Shown in pieces: positions 33,798 to 46,444 of a stretch of DNA of 64,000 nt (position 1 is its first letter; every line of letters begins with the position of its first letter). Source of the DNA: the human T2T-CHM13v2.0 reference genome, Homo sapiens; assembly GCF_009914755.1 (NCBI RefSeq), contig NC_060939.1. One strand, 5' to 3'. The translations under genes and the position numbers were made by a program. The notes below the pieces were generated by a model. That model saw nothing but the letters and a program-made list of their open reading frames with translations, ran no database searches and had not been told where the DNA came from.

Positions 33798-36599
33798 GAA
33801 ATAAAATATTTAGTTCATTTGATATATTTTTTAATAAGAAAAGTGTTTGAACCTACTATTTAAATCTCAACTTGGCTTTGGCCATAGGCTATGGTTTTTA
33901 ACATTGTGATCTCATTAAAACTGCATTCTCACATGTCACCCTCCGAGATGTAATGGATTCTTGAAATTAAAGTGCAGGCTTGGGGCATGACAACAATAAA
34001 AGGTGGCTCTGCTGAAGTGAGTATCAGCGCTCTGGCCAGAGAGCTGCTTGGACTTCAGTTGCTGCCTGGGCAGGACTGGATAACTTCTACCTGGACTTCA
34101 TTCTAGTGAAGTTGCCAGCATCAAGCAGACTGTGCAGAAGGCCTCTCCTGCAGCACACAACACACTACACTTCTGACAGAAGGGTTGTCCAATGCTGTAC
34201 CAGGGCCTGTCGATTAAGACCACCCTGAGAGATTACACTTGGAAGGCTTAAAGCCTTAGGTCTGATGCACAAGTCTGAAATGAAGCACAGGCTAGACCTG
34301 GAGCCCAACTGTACACCTGCTAAAATGATATCATCTTCTTCCTGAAGAATGAAGAGGTTCAATTCCCCCCCAAAATCAAATTACTGGGAGTAGAAGTTTG
34401 GGTAGGTGGGGTAGTGGGACAAAATAAAGCCTGGGATAGCCTGTTAGTGGGGAAAGCACACATGCGCAGGTGCAATGGGATAGACGGGTCAGTAGCTTGA
34501 TGGCTGCCTAATAAGGTGTGTGCCCACGAACCAGAGATTCCGACCTTCAGAGTAATAACAAAAAGGACCAAAGACACTGTGAGAAATGAGACGAAGCTAG
34601 TACTTGGAAGGCATCCACAACTACCTTGACCCAAGGCTCAAGATCTGGGATGGAGCTCTAATGCTGTCCTGAGAGTCATGGGGATAATAAATCTTGCTGG
34701 GTGTCTCCAGGGGGGCCCCTATTTGAGTTGGGCAATAAGTCCTCTCAGGGCCAGCAGCTTAGTAGAAAAGTGTGAAGACTACAAAAATATATCTCAACTA
34801 CTCATTAAATCAAAATTCTGTAAATAGAAGTTCTGTGAATAGACACAGAAAATATACGGAGAAGCTGTAACTTAAAATATTCTGGAGCAGACAGTTTTGC
34901 TGGTGGGTTACTTCGAACTCTGTAATACGGAACAGATTACACAGCTGTGGAATAGGCTGTTCTTGGCAGACCCAGGAACAGGAGGAGAGGCCAGTCCCAG
35001 CCTTGGTTTCCATAGTGAACGGAGGAAGGGGGGTCACCCCAGAGCCTCTAGTGGGAAGTGCGCATGCTCGCAGTGCAGGGGCCCAGAGGCCCTGGATGAA
35101 ATGTGAATCCTCTGGCTCTTCCCTGTCCACATAGGCAGCAACCTCCACCTTGTAGCCCCTAAATGGGCCCCAAATGCCTTTCAGGCCAAGGATCTTAAAC
35201 GGAATTCACTTTAATGTGTTCAGCAAATATTGAGCAATATCCGTCATGTGCCTGAAATATTTGCATTTCAGAAAAGTCTCAGTCTGAGGGAAAAACCCAT
35301 GGCAGCTGGGCCCCTTTTTTTGTTAGAAAACATTAAGAAGTTAGGACAGGCAGTGCTGCTTTCCAAAGTTGGGAGGGTGTAGGGAGGGACTGGACCCTGG
35401 CCCCTCATCCCCAGCCTCCCTAGGGGGCCACTGCTCATGCTCATCCATTCAAGGTCCATCGCATGCACTGAAATGGGAGAATTTTCTGTTCTGCACAGCC
35501 CCAAGGAGCAGCTCTCTCAGATAGTTAAGGAGTCTAGGGTGTCTTCTGAAAAGTCACCTGCATACAGAGTAAGATTAGAGTTTGGGGCAGGTGGACAAGC
35601 AGAGGCAGGGAGTCTCATTAGGGGTCCCTTCCCAGGACTCCATGTGAAAATGGGTGATGGCTTGCATTTCATCTTCATTCGCCAACTGTTTACTAACATT
35701 ACATTTCAGGCCTTGTGCCTGGGGATACAATGAGAAGAGACATGGTCTCTGTAATCTGTACTGAGGGAAAGTGGTGGAGAAAAAGAGCGTTAAAAGAGAA
35801 AACAAATGCCTGATCAAATCATATGTTATGATGCATATTGTGAAGCAATATTATCACCAAGAGTGGGACAGAGGGAGCCGAGGTTCAATAGAAATGCCAG
35901 GTTCAAAAGATATAAACAGCAATGGAAGGGGAGGGGAGACTGTGAATAACAGGCACATCCAGGATTCTGTCTCAGGCAGCCAATTGAGCAGGACAGTGCA
36001 GCTATGAGATTCAGGTGCCATTTCCTGAAACCATGCAGAGAGAAGGACCAGAAGATTCTGGGAAGACCGAACGGTCTTACCCAGCGGATATCTGGATTGA
36101 CACAACTCAGCAAAAACGCCTGCACTGGAAAGTTAAGTTTGGAAGGTAAAGAAGATAAATCACATCACCCTGAGAGTGTCTGGAGCAGGGCTCTTTAATG
36201 ATCTGAGAATGGCGTAATGTTTCATTGTGTGAGAACATAGCACATGCCACAGAGGCTGTCTCCCTTCACATGCACACATAAATGCCCTCCAGACATGGGA
36301 AAACTAACAGGAAAGTGGAGAAAAGAGAAAAGGAACCATGCCCACACACCACCAAAAGCCCTTTTATGGGCAGCGCGGTCCCCAACTGAGAACCACAGAA
36401 AATAACAAGCAGAGAGGAGTGAGGAGAGACAGGCATAGCAATAGGCCCAGGTGATTTAAGCCTCTTTGCAGACTATCCTATGACCATCCAATTGGAGCTA
36501 TTTCTGGGACATATTAAAATAGCTTGCCTCATCTTAAACACTCTTCTCTAAGATAAACTCTATTCAAGAAGATGTTGGGTTCCAGTTTGTCCTGTATTA

Positions 36600-36959
36600 T
36601 TCCTTTTACATGTCACCGAATTTAATTTGGTAATATTTAGCTGAGAGTTTTTATTTATATGCTCAACAGTGATATTGGTCTATAGTTTTCACTTTCTGTA
36701 ATGTCTGTATCTGGTTTTGACATTATAACCTCATAAAACTACTGGTCCCTCCTTCTCTTCAGCTTTATGGAATAAATTGTGTAGAATTGTTTTTATTTCT
36801 TCTTCAAATGCTTGGTAGGAATTTTCAGTGAAACCATCAGTGCCTGAAGTTTTCTTTTTCAGATAGTTTGTAACTATTTGTTTTAATTGTAAGCCTATTC
36901 AGATTATCTTTTCATAATGGATGGGTTTTGGTACTTTGTGGTCTTAGGGTGTTGGCTCA
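36600..36959 (-). mobile_element. Old L1M ORF2 fragment
   Basis: gatattggtctatagttttc, ttcagtgaaaccatc..gcctg motifs. Confidence 0.65.
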
Positions 36960-37335
36960 TGTATTAGTTCATTCTGGAATTACTATAAAGAGCTACCTGA
37001 GACTGGGGAATTTATAAAGAAAAGTGGTTTCATTGGATCATGGTTCTGCAAGCTGTACAGGAAACATGACTGGGGAGCCTCAGGGAACTTACAGTCATGG
37101 TGGAAGGAAAAGGGGAAGCAAGCACATCTTACATAACCAGAGCAGGAGGAGGAAAGCCAAGAAGAAGGTGCCACGCACATTTGAACAGCCAGATCTCGTA
37201 AGAACTCACTCACTATCAGGAGAACAGCAAGGAGGAAGTCCAGTCACCAACCCATGATCCAATCACCTCCCACCAGGCCCCTCCTCCAACACGAGAGGTG
37301 AGATTTGGGCAGGAACACAAATCCAAACCATATCT
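36960..37335 (-). mobile_element. MST/THE1-type MaLR solo LTR
   Basis: tgtattagttcattct...ctacctgagactgggg...gaactcactcactatca...caaatccaaaccatatc. Confidence 0.85.
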
Positions 37336-37822
37336 GGCCATTTAATCTAATTTGTCAAATTTATGTGTGTCCTGGTGTTTGCGTATTTCTTGTTATCCTT
37401 TTAATGATAGAATTATCTACCAAGCAGTCTTGGGTTCCTTATCTATATTGGGAACACACACGTGCAAATACGCAACACACACACATGCACCACCCATGTC
37501 ATGGCTATTCCTCCAGATAGCCCTGAGTCCTCAGGGTATACCATAGACTTCAGGGATTGCTGAGAACTCTCTTCACCTTTTCAGATCTTTTGAAATATCT
37601 TTCTCCAGCCATCCTCTAAAAGTTGAAGTTTCTGGTGGTCCTATCTCACCTCTTCTGTTCCTGTCACCTTGTATTCTGAGCAACACCATCTCCCAGAGCT
37701 TGAATTTTACATCTATACACAAATGAGTCCAAAATTCATTTCTCCAGACTCAGATGTCTCTTTTATGTTATATAACTGGATATCCAACTGCCTAAATGTC
37801 ATCTTAACATTGTGCCTTTGAG

Positions 37823-38143
37823 TTTTATTTTATTTTATTTTATTTTATTTTATTTTATTTTTGAGACAGAGTCTCCTTCTGATTGCCCAGGCTTGAGTGC
37901 AATGGTGTAATCTCAGCTCACTGCAGCCTCAATCCCCCAGGCTCAGGTTATTTTCCCACCTCCGCCTCCTGAGTAGCAGGACTGCAGGTGTGTGCCACCA
38001 CGCTTGGCTAAATTTTCATATTTTTAGAGATGGAGTTTTACCATGTTTCCCAGACTTGTCTTGAACTGCTGGACCCAACTAATCCACCTGCCTCAGACTC
38101 CTAAAGTGCTGGGATTACAGACATGAGCCACCACACCCAGTCT
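37823..38143 (-). mobile_element. AluJ-like
   Basis: Antisense Alu with (tttta)n tail. Confidence 0.92.
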
Positions 38144-38484
38144 GAGTTTTAAATTCAACATTTTACTCTACTTCATCAGTGTCTGCCTGAAACCTTCTGC
38201 TGCCAGTGTGTTCCCTACCTCACAGTACATGGCATAGCTGTCCACCCAGGGTCCTGAGGAAGAAAAGAGGACACCACTGATTCTCCTGTATCCTTCATAT
38301 CTAGATAATCACATAATTCTCACCTTCTGTAAGCCACTTACTGCCATCCACGACTATATTCCACCGCTCTTTCACAATTGGATCACCACCGTGGACACCC
38401 TCTGTGCCTTCTCACTAGTTTATTCACTGCAGTTTACTTTGCACACTGAAACCAGTACATTTTCTGAAATTAAAACATTTCTCC

Positions 38485-38725
38485 CATATTTGTTTCCTAA
38501 GGCTGCCATAAAAAATCACCACAAATTGGGTGGCATAAAATAACAGGAGTGTATTCTCTTGTAGATTTGGCAGCCAGAAGTTTTAAATCAAGGTGTTGGT
38601 TTGGCCATGCTCCTACCAAAGGCTTTAAGGGAGAATCTGTTCCTGCCCTTCCTGCCATCTAGAGGCTTCTGGCATTCCTTGACTGGTAGCAAAATAACTC
38701 CAATCTCTACCCATCTTCACAAGGA
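38485..38725. mobile_element. MLT1 LTR fragment
   Basis: ggctgccataaaaaatcaccacaaattgggtggc...aaatcaaggtgttgg. Confidence 0.7.
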
Positions 38726-39279
38726 TCTTCACAAATGGCATAGAGTACTGTGGGATTTCTAAGTAACCACAGGGTTTTTCACATTCATAGTCAATGAGGC
38801 TGGAAAAGACTGCTAAATAAAGTCCAATTCTAGCGTTTCTCCTAACTTCCTGGTTACTGGTACAGCACAGTCATATTGATCCACAATAGGCTGGTCTCAA
38901 GAGAAAGGATGTTTGCTGTTTCAATATTGTTAGGTTCAGGTGGCTATATTCTGGAGTCTCATGAAAAATAGCCTCAAATCCCACTTATCCATTGAAAAGT
39001 CAGGAGCATGCATTCAGGTACCAGCTTTTGGAATATGGAAGGCTCTTAGGTTCATTAAGATGGGACCCCATCATCCCCAGTTGGATCAGACTTGTTAGTT
39101 GCTTCCACCTGCTGATGTTGTCAGGGATTAATTTTTTATAATTACATAAAATTATGTGAAATAATTTTTATAATCATGGCCTTATATGCCCCCCCCCAGT
39201 TATTACTAATGTGTCAATTAGGGAAATAAATGAGCTCCATTCTGCTTTAAGTTTATTGCGTCATTTCTACTTTGTTGAA

Positions 39280-39970
39280 TTATGGTCCAACTGGGTGTAC
39301 CATAATTCAAATCTTACAGTAATCACACAAATTTAGTGCAGATCCTACAAGCTGAAGTGTGTGACCCCCAACAAGAATGTTCTTCCAATGCCAGCTGTAC
39401 TTCAGGGGCCCTCAGGACACCCACACTTCCAACTAACTACCTACATATTTGGAGATTCCCATGACCCTAGTAGATTTAATAATTTGCTATACTGACTAAC
39501 AGAACTCACTGAAAGTGCTGTACTTATGATTATCACTTTCTTAGAAAAGAAACATGTTTGGGAGGGGGTCTTGGAGGAACAGCAGAGATTTATGACCTCT
39601 CCATGTGGGATCAGGGCATGCCACTCTCTAGGACCATCCATTTGTTCACAAAAACCAGGAATCTCCACTGAGCTACATTGTTCAGAGTTTTTACTGGGGC
39701 TTCATATGTAGGCATGATTGCTTAAATCATGGGCCATGTGATTGAACTCAGCCACCAGGTCCCCTTACTACTCAGAAGGTCAGGCAACTGAAGTCCCAAC
39801 TCTGTAATCATATATTTAGTCTTGTGACCAGCCCCATTTTAAAGTTTTGTATTGATCCATCATGAGTTACCTTATTAGCATAGCAAAGACACTCCTATCA
39901 CTCAAGAAATTCCAAAGGTTATAAGCAAGGAACTTAGGACAAAGATCAGGTAAATTTTTTATTGTAACAC
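39280..39970. mobile_element. MER21-like LTR
   Basis: cagatcctacaag..ccccaacaaga, gatttaataatttgcta, caaagacactcctatcactcaagaaattccaaagg. Confidence 0.55.
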
Positions 39971-40093
39971 AGGCTCTGATAAGATGACTTGAATTTATCC
40001 ACCCTGCTTCCTGGTATTCTAGCTTCCTCTATTTGATGCTTACTGTAGGCTCCTTTGGACAGAAGTTTGTACCCTCAAAGGAAAGCTGAGAAG

Positions 40094-40602
40094 CGCCAAG
40101 ACCAGCTTGGTCATGGAGACCCTAACCCAGCGACACTAGAGGAATTAAAGACACACACACAGAAATATAGAGTGCAGAGTGGGAAATCGGGGGGCTGACA
40201 GCCTTCAGAGCTGAGAACCTTGAACAGAGTTTGGCGCACATATTTATTGACAGCAAGCCAGTGATAAGCATTATTTCTATAGATTATAGATTAACTAAAA
40301 GTATTCCTTATGGGAAACAAAGGGATGGGCTGAAACAAAGGGATGGGCTCTGGCTAGTTATCTGTCCCAGGAACATTTCCTTAAGGCACAGATCGCTCAT
40401 GCTATTGTTTGTGGTTTAGGAACTCCTTAAGTTGTTTTCCACCCTGGGTGGGCCAGGTGTTCCTTGCCTTCATTCTGGTAAACCCACAACCTTCAGCATG
40501 GGCATCATAGCCATCAGGAGCATGCCACAGTGCTGCAGAGATTTTGTTTATGGCCAGTTTTGGGGCCAGTTTATGGCCAGATTTGGGGGCCTGTTCCCAA
40601 CA
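40094..40602 (-). repeat. 3' LTR (MER9)
   Basis: Begins TGTTGGGAACAGGCCCCCAAATCTGGCCATAAACTGGCCCC on the minus strand. Confidence 0.9.
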
Positions 40603-41700
40603 CATTCCCCCTTTTTGCTTTTGCAACATGATAAAAGGACAAAGGCAGCCTTATCACAGTGAGCTACTTCTTGCAGGAATTGGGATCCACATCTGCAGAC
40701 TATACAAAGACAAACAACACAGATTAAAAGCACAATCATCATTGAAATCACAGAGCCTCCAAGTGTTTTTATCCATTTTATTGGGTTACTAGCTGCTAAT
40801 CCATCTGCAGCTCCTTCAAGCACTCCAGTTCCTGGCATAATGGTCAGGTGTGCCTGGGATGCTTTAAATATTTGTTCTTTTAATTTTGCAGTATCTAAAG
40901 ACAAGTTTGTAGAGTGTCCTTCTATATGATTTTTTATTCTTTCCCAAATTTTGATCTTATTAAGTGCCATTAATAGTTTCCACAAATTCTTATGTTTAGC
41001 TCCTACAGCGGGCCATATCATTTGAAGTTGAGGTGCCACTATACTGCCATGTTTCCAGATAATAGGAACTCTTGCCGTGTTTCTTACCATTTCTACCATC
41101 TGACCATTTTGTTTAGACCAGCTGAACATAGTGTGGTCGTGGGACGCAGACTGAGAGGTGCAATTCAAGCTAAACATCCCCTTAGGGGACCAATCAATAA
41201 TGATTCCATAGGATTCGTTGCCAGCACCTCTGCCTGTTCTGCAATGAAATCTTCCCAAACAAGCACGTTCATTATTTCTGGTCAGGTCCAATTCTGTTTA
41301 CAAATAGGTTTTTGAGGGTGGTATCCCTCAATTATAGGAGCAGATTTATTATGGTAAATACTGAGATCAGAAAGCATGTGTAACTGTGTTATAGAGTGAT
41401 TACATCCAGGCATTATTGCCATTCAAGATTGATAAATATGCCCAATAAGTATAATTGTTCTCTGTGTCAGCCCTCATTGAAGGAATACTCATGGCAGTGG
41501 TGATCACCGCTATCATAGCTACAATTAAATTACTCGTTGTGACTGGTTGTCCCACTTTCCTCAGGTTTTCTTCCACCATCTGTGACAGCTTCTTGATCTG
41601 TCCCCAGATAGGTGGCTGTGTTTGACAGATGTTGCTCATGACAGTTGGGGTCCTTCTCAGCATCAGTCTCGACATGGCTGCAACCAGGGGGTCCTCAGAA
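40548..41700 (-). pseudogene. HML-3 env remnant (leader ORF 41400-41735; 247-aa ORF 40548-41291 with TM anchor)
   Basis: WGQIKKL...NYTYWAY leader; KLKEQIFKASQAHL...KWIKTLGGS...LLICVVCLCIVCRC. Confidence 0.85.
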
Positions 41701-41739
41701 TCCTCCTGGAATCTCTTCCTCAGCATCTGGCTCATGATA

Positions 41740-44252
41740 AGGTTTCAGGTGTTTTGATGGTATCCAAATCGGCTGCTGGTTTTGGCCTGGAGAAACACAA
41801 GCATAACCTCTACCCCAAGTTATTATTTTACCTATTTCCCAACTTTTTGTTATCGGGTCTCTCCACTAAACCAGTTGTTCTGCTTCTGTCTTTGCAGCTG
41901 GTTTCTGTAGATGTTGTTCAGCTGCTGATAGCATCTGGCCTTTAGGCAGGCTCAAAAAATTTAAAGTCAATAATACTAGATTCAATTGCATATATGGGGT
42001 GTCCCACAGTCCCTGTTTCCCCCCACTTTGCTTTTGCAACTGCTGTTTCAGGGAGAGATTCATTCATTCCACTATTGCTTGTCCTTGAGAATTATATGGG
42101 ATACCAGTAATGTGTTTAATATTCCATATAGAGAAACATGTAGCAAGAGCTTTGCTAGTATAGCCTGGGGCATTATCTGTTTTAATACAAGCTGGAATGC
42201 CCATCACTGCAAAACACTGCAAAAGATGATGTTTAACACAGGCAGAAGACTCTCCTGATTGGCACGTAGCCCAGACAAAGTGAGAAAAGGTGTCCACAAA
42301 TATATGTACATAAGCTAGTCTCCAAATGAGGGAACATGTGTGACATCCATTTGCCAAAGAGAATTAGGTTCCAATCCTCGAGGATTAACTCCTCCTGTGA
42401 AAGATGAGGAATGTACCATTTAGCAAATTGGGCATTGCTGGATAATAGCTTTAGCTTCTTTCCAGGTAATGCTGTATCTGCGTTTGAGACCAGAGGCATT
42501 AACATGGGTTAAATTGTAAAAGTGTCTGGCATTATATATTGCAGTAGCAACTAGGCGATCAGCCATTTGATTCCCTTCAGTTAAAGGTCCTGGAAGAGGT
42601 GTATGAGCCCTAATGTGAGTGATGTAAAAAGGGTGCATTCTACTCCAGACTGCTGTTTGCAATTGGGTAAATAAAGTCATCAGTTGTTCATCTGTATGAA
42701 ATCATAACTGAGCATTTTCAACTAATTGTGTGGAATGAACCATGTATGAAGAATCAGAAACACATTAATAGGTATATTAAAAGCAGTAAATACCTCAATT
42801 ACAGCTACAAGCTCTGCTTTCTGAGCTGAAGTATAGGGTGTCTGAAAAACTTTACCTTTTGAGCCAGAATAAGAAGTTTTATCATTACTAGACCCATCTG
42901 TAAAAACATTCTCAGCACCTTCAATTGGTTTAAATTTAGTAATTTTAGGGAGAATCCAATTAGTTAATTTCAAAAATTGAAACAGTTTCATTTTAGGAAA
43001 ATGATTATCTAGAATACCCACACAGTCAGCTAAATGGGTTTGTCAAGTAAGACTGTTTATAAAAGCTTGCTGTATTTGTGTCTTTATGAGAGGGACTATA
43101 ATTTATCCAGGATCATATCCATGTAATTTAACAATCTGAGTTCTCCCATTTCCTATCATAGTAGTGATTTGATCCAAATAAGGAGTTAGAGTCCATGAAT
43201 TAGCATGTGGAAGAAAAAGCCATTCTACTAAGTCCTGCTCTTGGACAATAACACCAGTGGGTGAATGATGAGTTGAAAAAATTAGCAAATCTAGAGTCTT
43301 CTCTGGATCTGTTCTATTTATTTGAGCCTTATGGACTTGCTTTTCAAGCAGCTGTAACTCTGCCTCAGGCTCTTTTGTTAATTGTCAAGGACTAGTGAGA
43401 CTAGGATCTCCTCTAAGGATAGAAAATAGATTACTCATGGCATAGGTAGGAATGCCTAGAGCAGGTCGTATCCAACTAATGTTCCCTAGTAATTTTTGAA
43501 AGTCATTTAATGTTTTCAATTGATCCTTACGTATGGTTACTTTCTGTAGCACAATGGTAGTGTCATTTACTAAGGTCCCCAAGTAGGAGTAAGGAGTAGT
43601 AGTCTGAATTTTGTCAGGAGCTATAATTAAACCAGCATGAGAAATCAAATTTTGCAAGTGATCATAACATTAGAGTAATATTTTTCAAGTGGGGGCAGCA
43701 CAAAGTATATCATCCATATACTGAATAATGTAACACTGTGAAAATTTTGTATGAGTAGGTTCAATTGCTTGCCCTACAAACATCTCGCAAATTGTTGGAC
43801 TGTTTAACATGCCTTGTGGCAACACTTTCCAATGAATACGCTTAGCAGGCTGCAGGTTTTGTAAATGCAAACTGTTCACAGTCTTGCTCAGCCAAGGGGA
43901 TAGTAAAGAAACAGTCTTTTAAATCTATGACTATGAAAGGCCATTTTTTCGGAATCATAGCAGGAGAAGGCAATCCTGGCTGTAATGTCCCCATAGGTTG
44001 TATAAGTGAATTAATGGCTCTTAAGTCAGGTAACATTCTCCATTTACCTGATTTTTTCTTAATTACAAAAACTGGAGAATTCCAAGGGGAAAATGTTGGA
44101 GCTATGTGTCCATTTTCTAATTGTTCAGTAACTAAGTCCTCTAAAGCCTCCAGTTTCTCTTTACTTAGCAGCCATTGTTCTATCCAAATTGGCTTATCTG
44201 TTAACAATTTTAAAGGTATACGTTCTGGAGGCTTAACAATGTCTGCCATCAA
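41740..44252 (-). pseudogene. HML-3 pol (RT, RNase H, integrase), frameshifted
   Basis: [48 protein letters not shown], HxxTH...[17 protein letters not shown]. Confidence 0.92.
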
Positions 44253-45285
44253 AAATGATATCCTAAACCTTGGCGGGAACTTTGTCTTTCCACTTGAAGT
44301 GGTTCCTTCAAATCTTGCAAATATTTTCTAGTCCCATACCAGGGACACACCCCATTTCATGCATCATATGTTGACTTTCAGGGCTATATAATTGTTCTGG
44401 AATTAGAACTTGTGCTTCCCATTGTTGTAATAAATCTCTCCCCCATAAATTTATAGGTACAGAAGTTACAATTGGTTGAATAGTCCCAGTTTGTCCATTG
44501 GGCCCTTCACAGTGCAAAATATAACTACTCTGATATACTTCAGGGGCTTTACCAACTCCAACTCTGTTAAATTGAGTGGATTGAATTGGCCACGTGGACG
44601 GCCATTGCTGTAGAGAAATGATTGAAATGTCTGCTCCTGTATGTATCAAACCTTTAAATTTCTTTCCCTGAATAGTTATTTCACAGGTAGGACATTTATC
44701 AGTAATTTGATTCACCCAATAAGCTGCTTTGCCTTGTTGATTTGTGCTTCCAAATCCTCCTGTTCATTTAATTCACTTTTCCCCATTTCCACATACGGCA
44801 CAATCAGGAGCTGTGCTATATGCTCTCCTGGCTCTGCTTTCCAGGGAACAGTAGATATAACAATTTCAATTTCCCCATTGTAATCTGAATCAATTACTCC
44901 TGTATGTATTTGTGCTCCTTTTAAATTTAACCTTGATGGCCAGGCACTGTGGCTCAAGCCTGTAATCCCACCACTTTGGGAGGCCGAGATGGGCGGATCA
45001 CAAGGTCAGGAGATCGAGACCGTCCTGGCTAACACGGTGAAACCCTGTCTCTATTAAAAATACAAAAAATTAGCCGGGTGTGGTGGCGGGTGCCTGTAGT
45101 CTCAGCTGCTGTGGAGGCTGAGGCAGGAGAATGGTGTGAACCCAGGAGGTGGAGCTTGCAGTGAGCCGAGATTGCACCACTGCACTCCAGCCTGGGTGAC
45201 AGAGTGAGACTCCCTCTCAAAAATAAATAAATAAATAAATTTAAACTATATATACCTAGACGTAATCCTATTGCCCCCACTGGCA
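44250..45285 (-). pseudogene. HML-3 pro (partial dUTPase, protease, G-patch), interrupted by Alu
   Basis: GVIDSDYNGEI, GLIHTGADIS (decayed DTG), NLWGRDLLQQW. Confidence 0.88.
44938..45236 (+). mobile_element. AluY inserted in the HML-3 dUTPase region
   Basis: Dimeric Alu; flanks taaatttaacct / taaatttaaact. Confidence 0.95.
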
Positions 45286-45800
45286 ACATCTGACCGGAGA
45301 CAGTAACATTCTTTAACAGTCCCATTACAAAAGGAGAACATAGTCCATATTGATTAAGGGCTTGCTTAAATTCTTTAAGTATTTTAAAAGGAAAAGGCTC
45401 AAATGTAGCTATAATATTTCCCTGTTGATCTGGGGGGTGTATCCCAAAAGGGAACTGCCAAGCCTCTATATCACCCTCACATCTAGCTTGCTGGATTCCT
45501 GCCTGAATAGAACTGAGAGCGGTACTCGAGGCACTGCTCAAACAGTCACTGGGGCACCTTTCACCCCGTGTCCTCCGGAAAAGAAAGATCTGGAGGGTCA
45601 GGCCACTCTTTTTCTTCAAAATAATGAGGGGGTGCAGAAGGGTAGGGATGAATCTCTTCCTCCTTTGCCGCTTTAGCTTTAGCTGGGAAACAAACCTTCT
45701 CTGTTACCTCTTCTTTTACTTAGTTATACTTTCCTTCCTCCTCCTCATCAGTGTGAAAAGGTTCCCAGGTGGAACGAACCAGATCCCACACTTGTCCCAT
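45286..45800 (-). pseudogene. HML-3 gag remnant (MA to start of CA), 3'-deleted
   Basis: ATG GGA CAA GTG (MGQV) at 45800; [15 protein letters not shown]...[20 protein letters not shown]. Confidence 0.82.
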
Positions 45801-45950
45801 TGTTACCCTGATGCTTCCAAGCTCCCCTTCTTACTCACCATGGGGATTGCTTAAGAGTACTCGGGTGTCCTCCAGCTTAGTTCCACCTTCTCCAACCATC
45901 GCTCCAGCAACCCTTCGACCCGGGTTCCAGCCCTAGGTATGGGCACCCCT

Positions 45951-46444
45951 TGACAAGACCAGCTTGGTCATGGAGACCCTAACCCAGTGGTGCTAGAGGA
46001 ATTAAAGACACACACACAGAGAAATACAGAGTGCAGAGTGGAAAATCAGGGGGCTGACAGCCTTCAGAGCTGAGAGCCCCGAGCAGAGTTTGACCCACAT
46101 ATTTATTGACAGCAAGCCAGTGGTAAGCATTGTTTCTATAGATTATAGATTAACTAAAAGTATTCCTTAAGGGAAACAAAGGGATGGGCTCTGGATAGTT
46201 ATCTGAAGCAGGAACATGTCCTTAAGGCACAGATCACTCATGCTATTGTTCGTGGCTTAGGAACGCCTTTAAGCGGTTTTCCACCCGGGGTGGGCCAGGT
46301 GTTCCTTGCCCTCATTCCAGTAAACCCACAACCTTCAGCGTGGGCATCATGGCCATCACGAACATGTCAGAGTGCTGCAGAGATTTTGTTTATGACCAGT
46401 TTTGGGGCCAGTTTATGGCCAGATTTGAGGGCCTGTTCCCAACA
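45951..46444 (-). repeat. 5' LTR (MER9), followed by a decayed tRNA-Lys-type PBS at ~45930-45950
   Basis: Direct repeat of 40094-40602. Confidence 0.9.

Larger units (their letters stand above)
40094..46444 (-). mobile_element. HERV-K(HML-3)/HERVK9 provirus, internally deleted
   Basis: Two MER9-type LTRs, 6-bp TSD gagaag (40088-40093, 46445-46450), PPT at 40603-40620, betaretroviral gag/dUTPase-pro/pol/env remnants. Confidence 0.9.

Noticed and set aside
33900-36500. Short ORFs in repeat-poor DNA upstream of NDN
   Set aside because: No recognisable homology or exon structure; may be regulatory but cannot be supported from sequence alone
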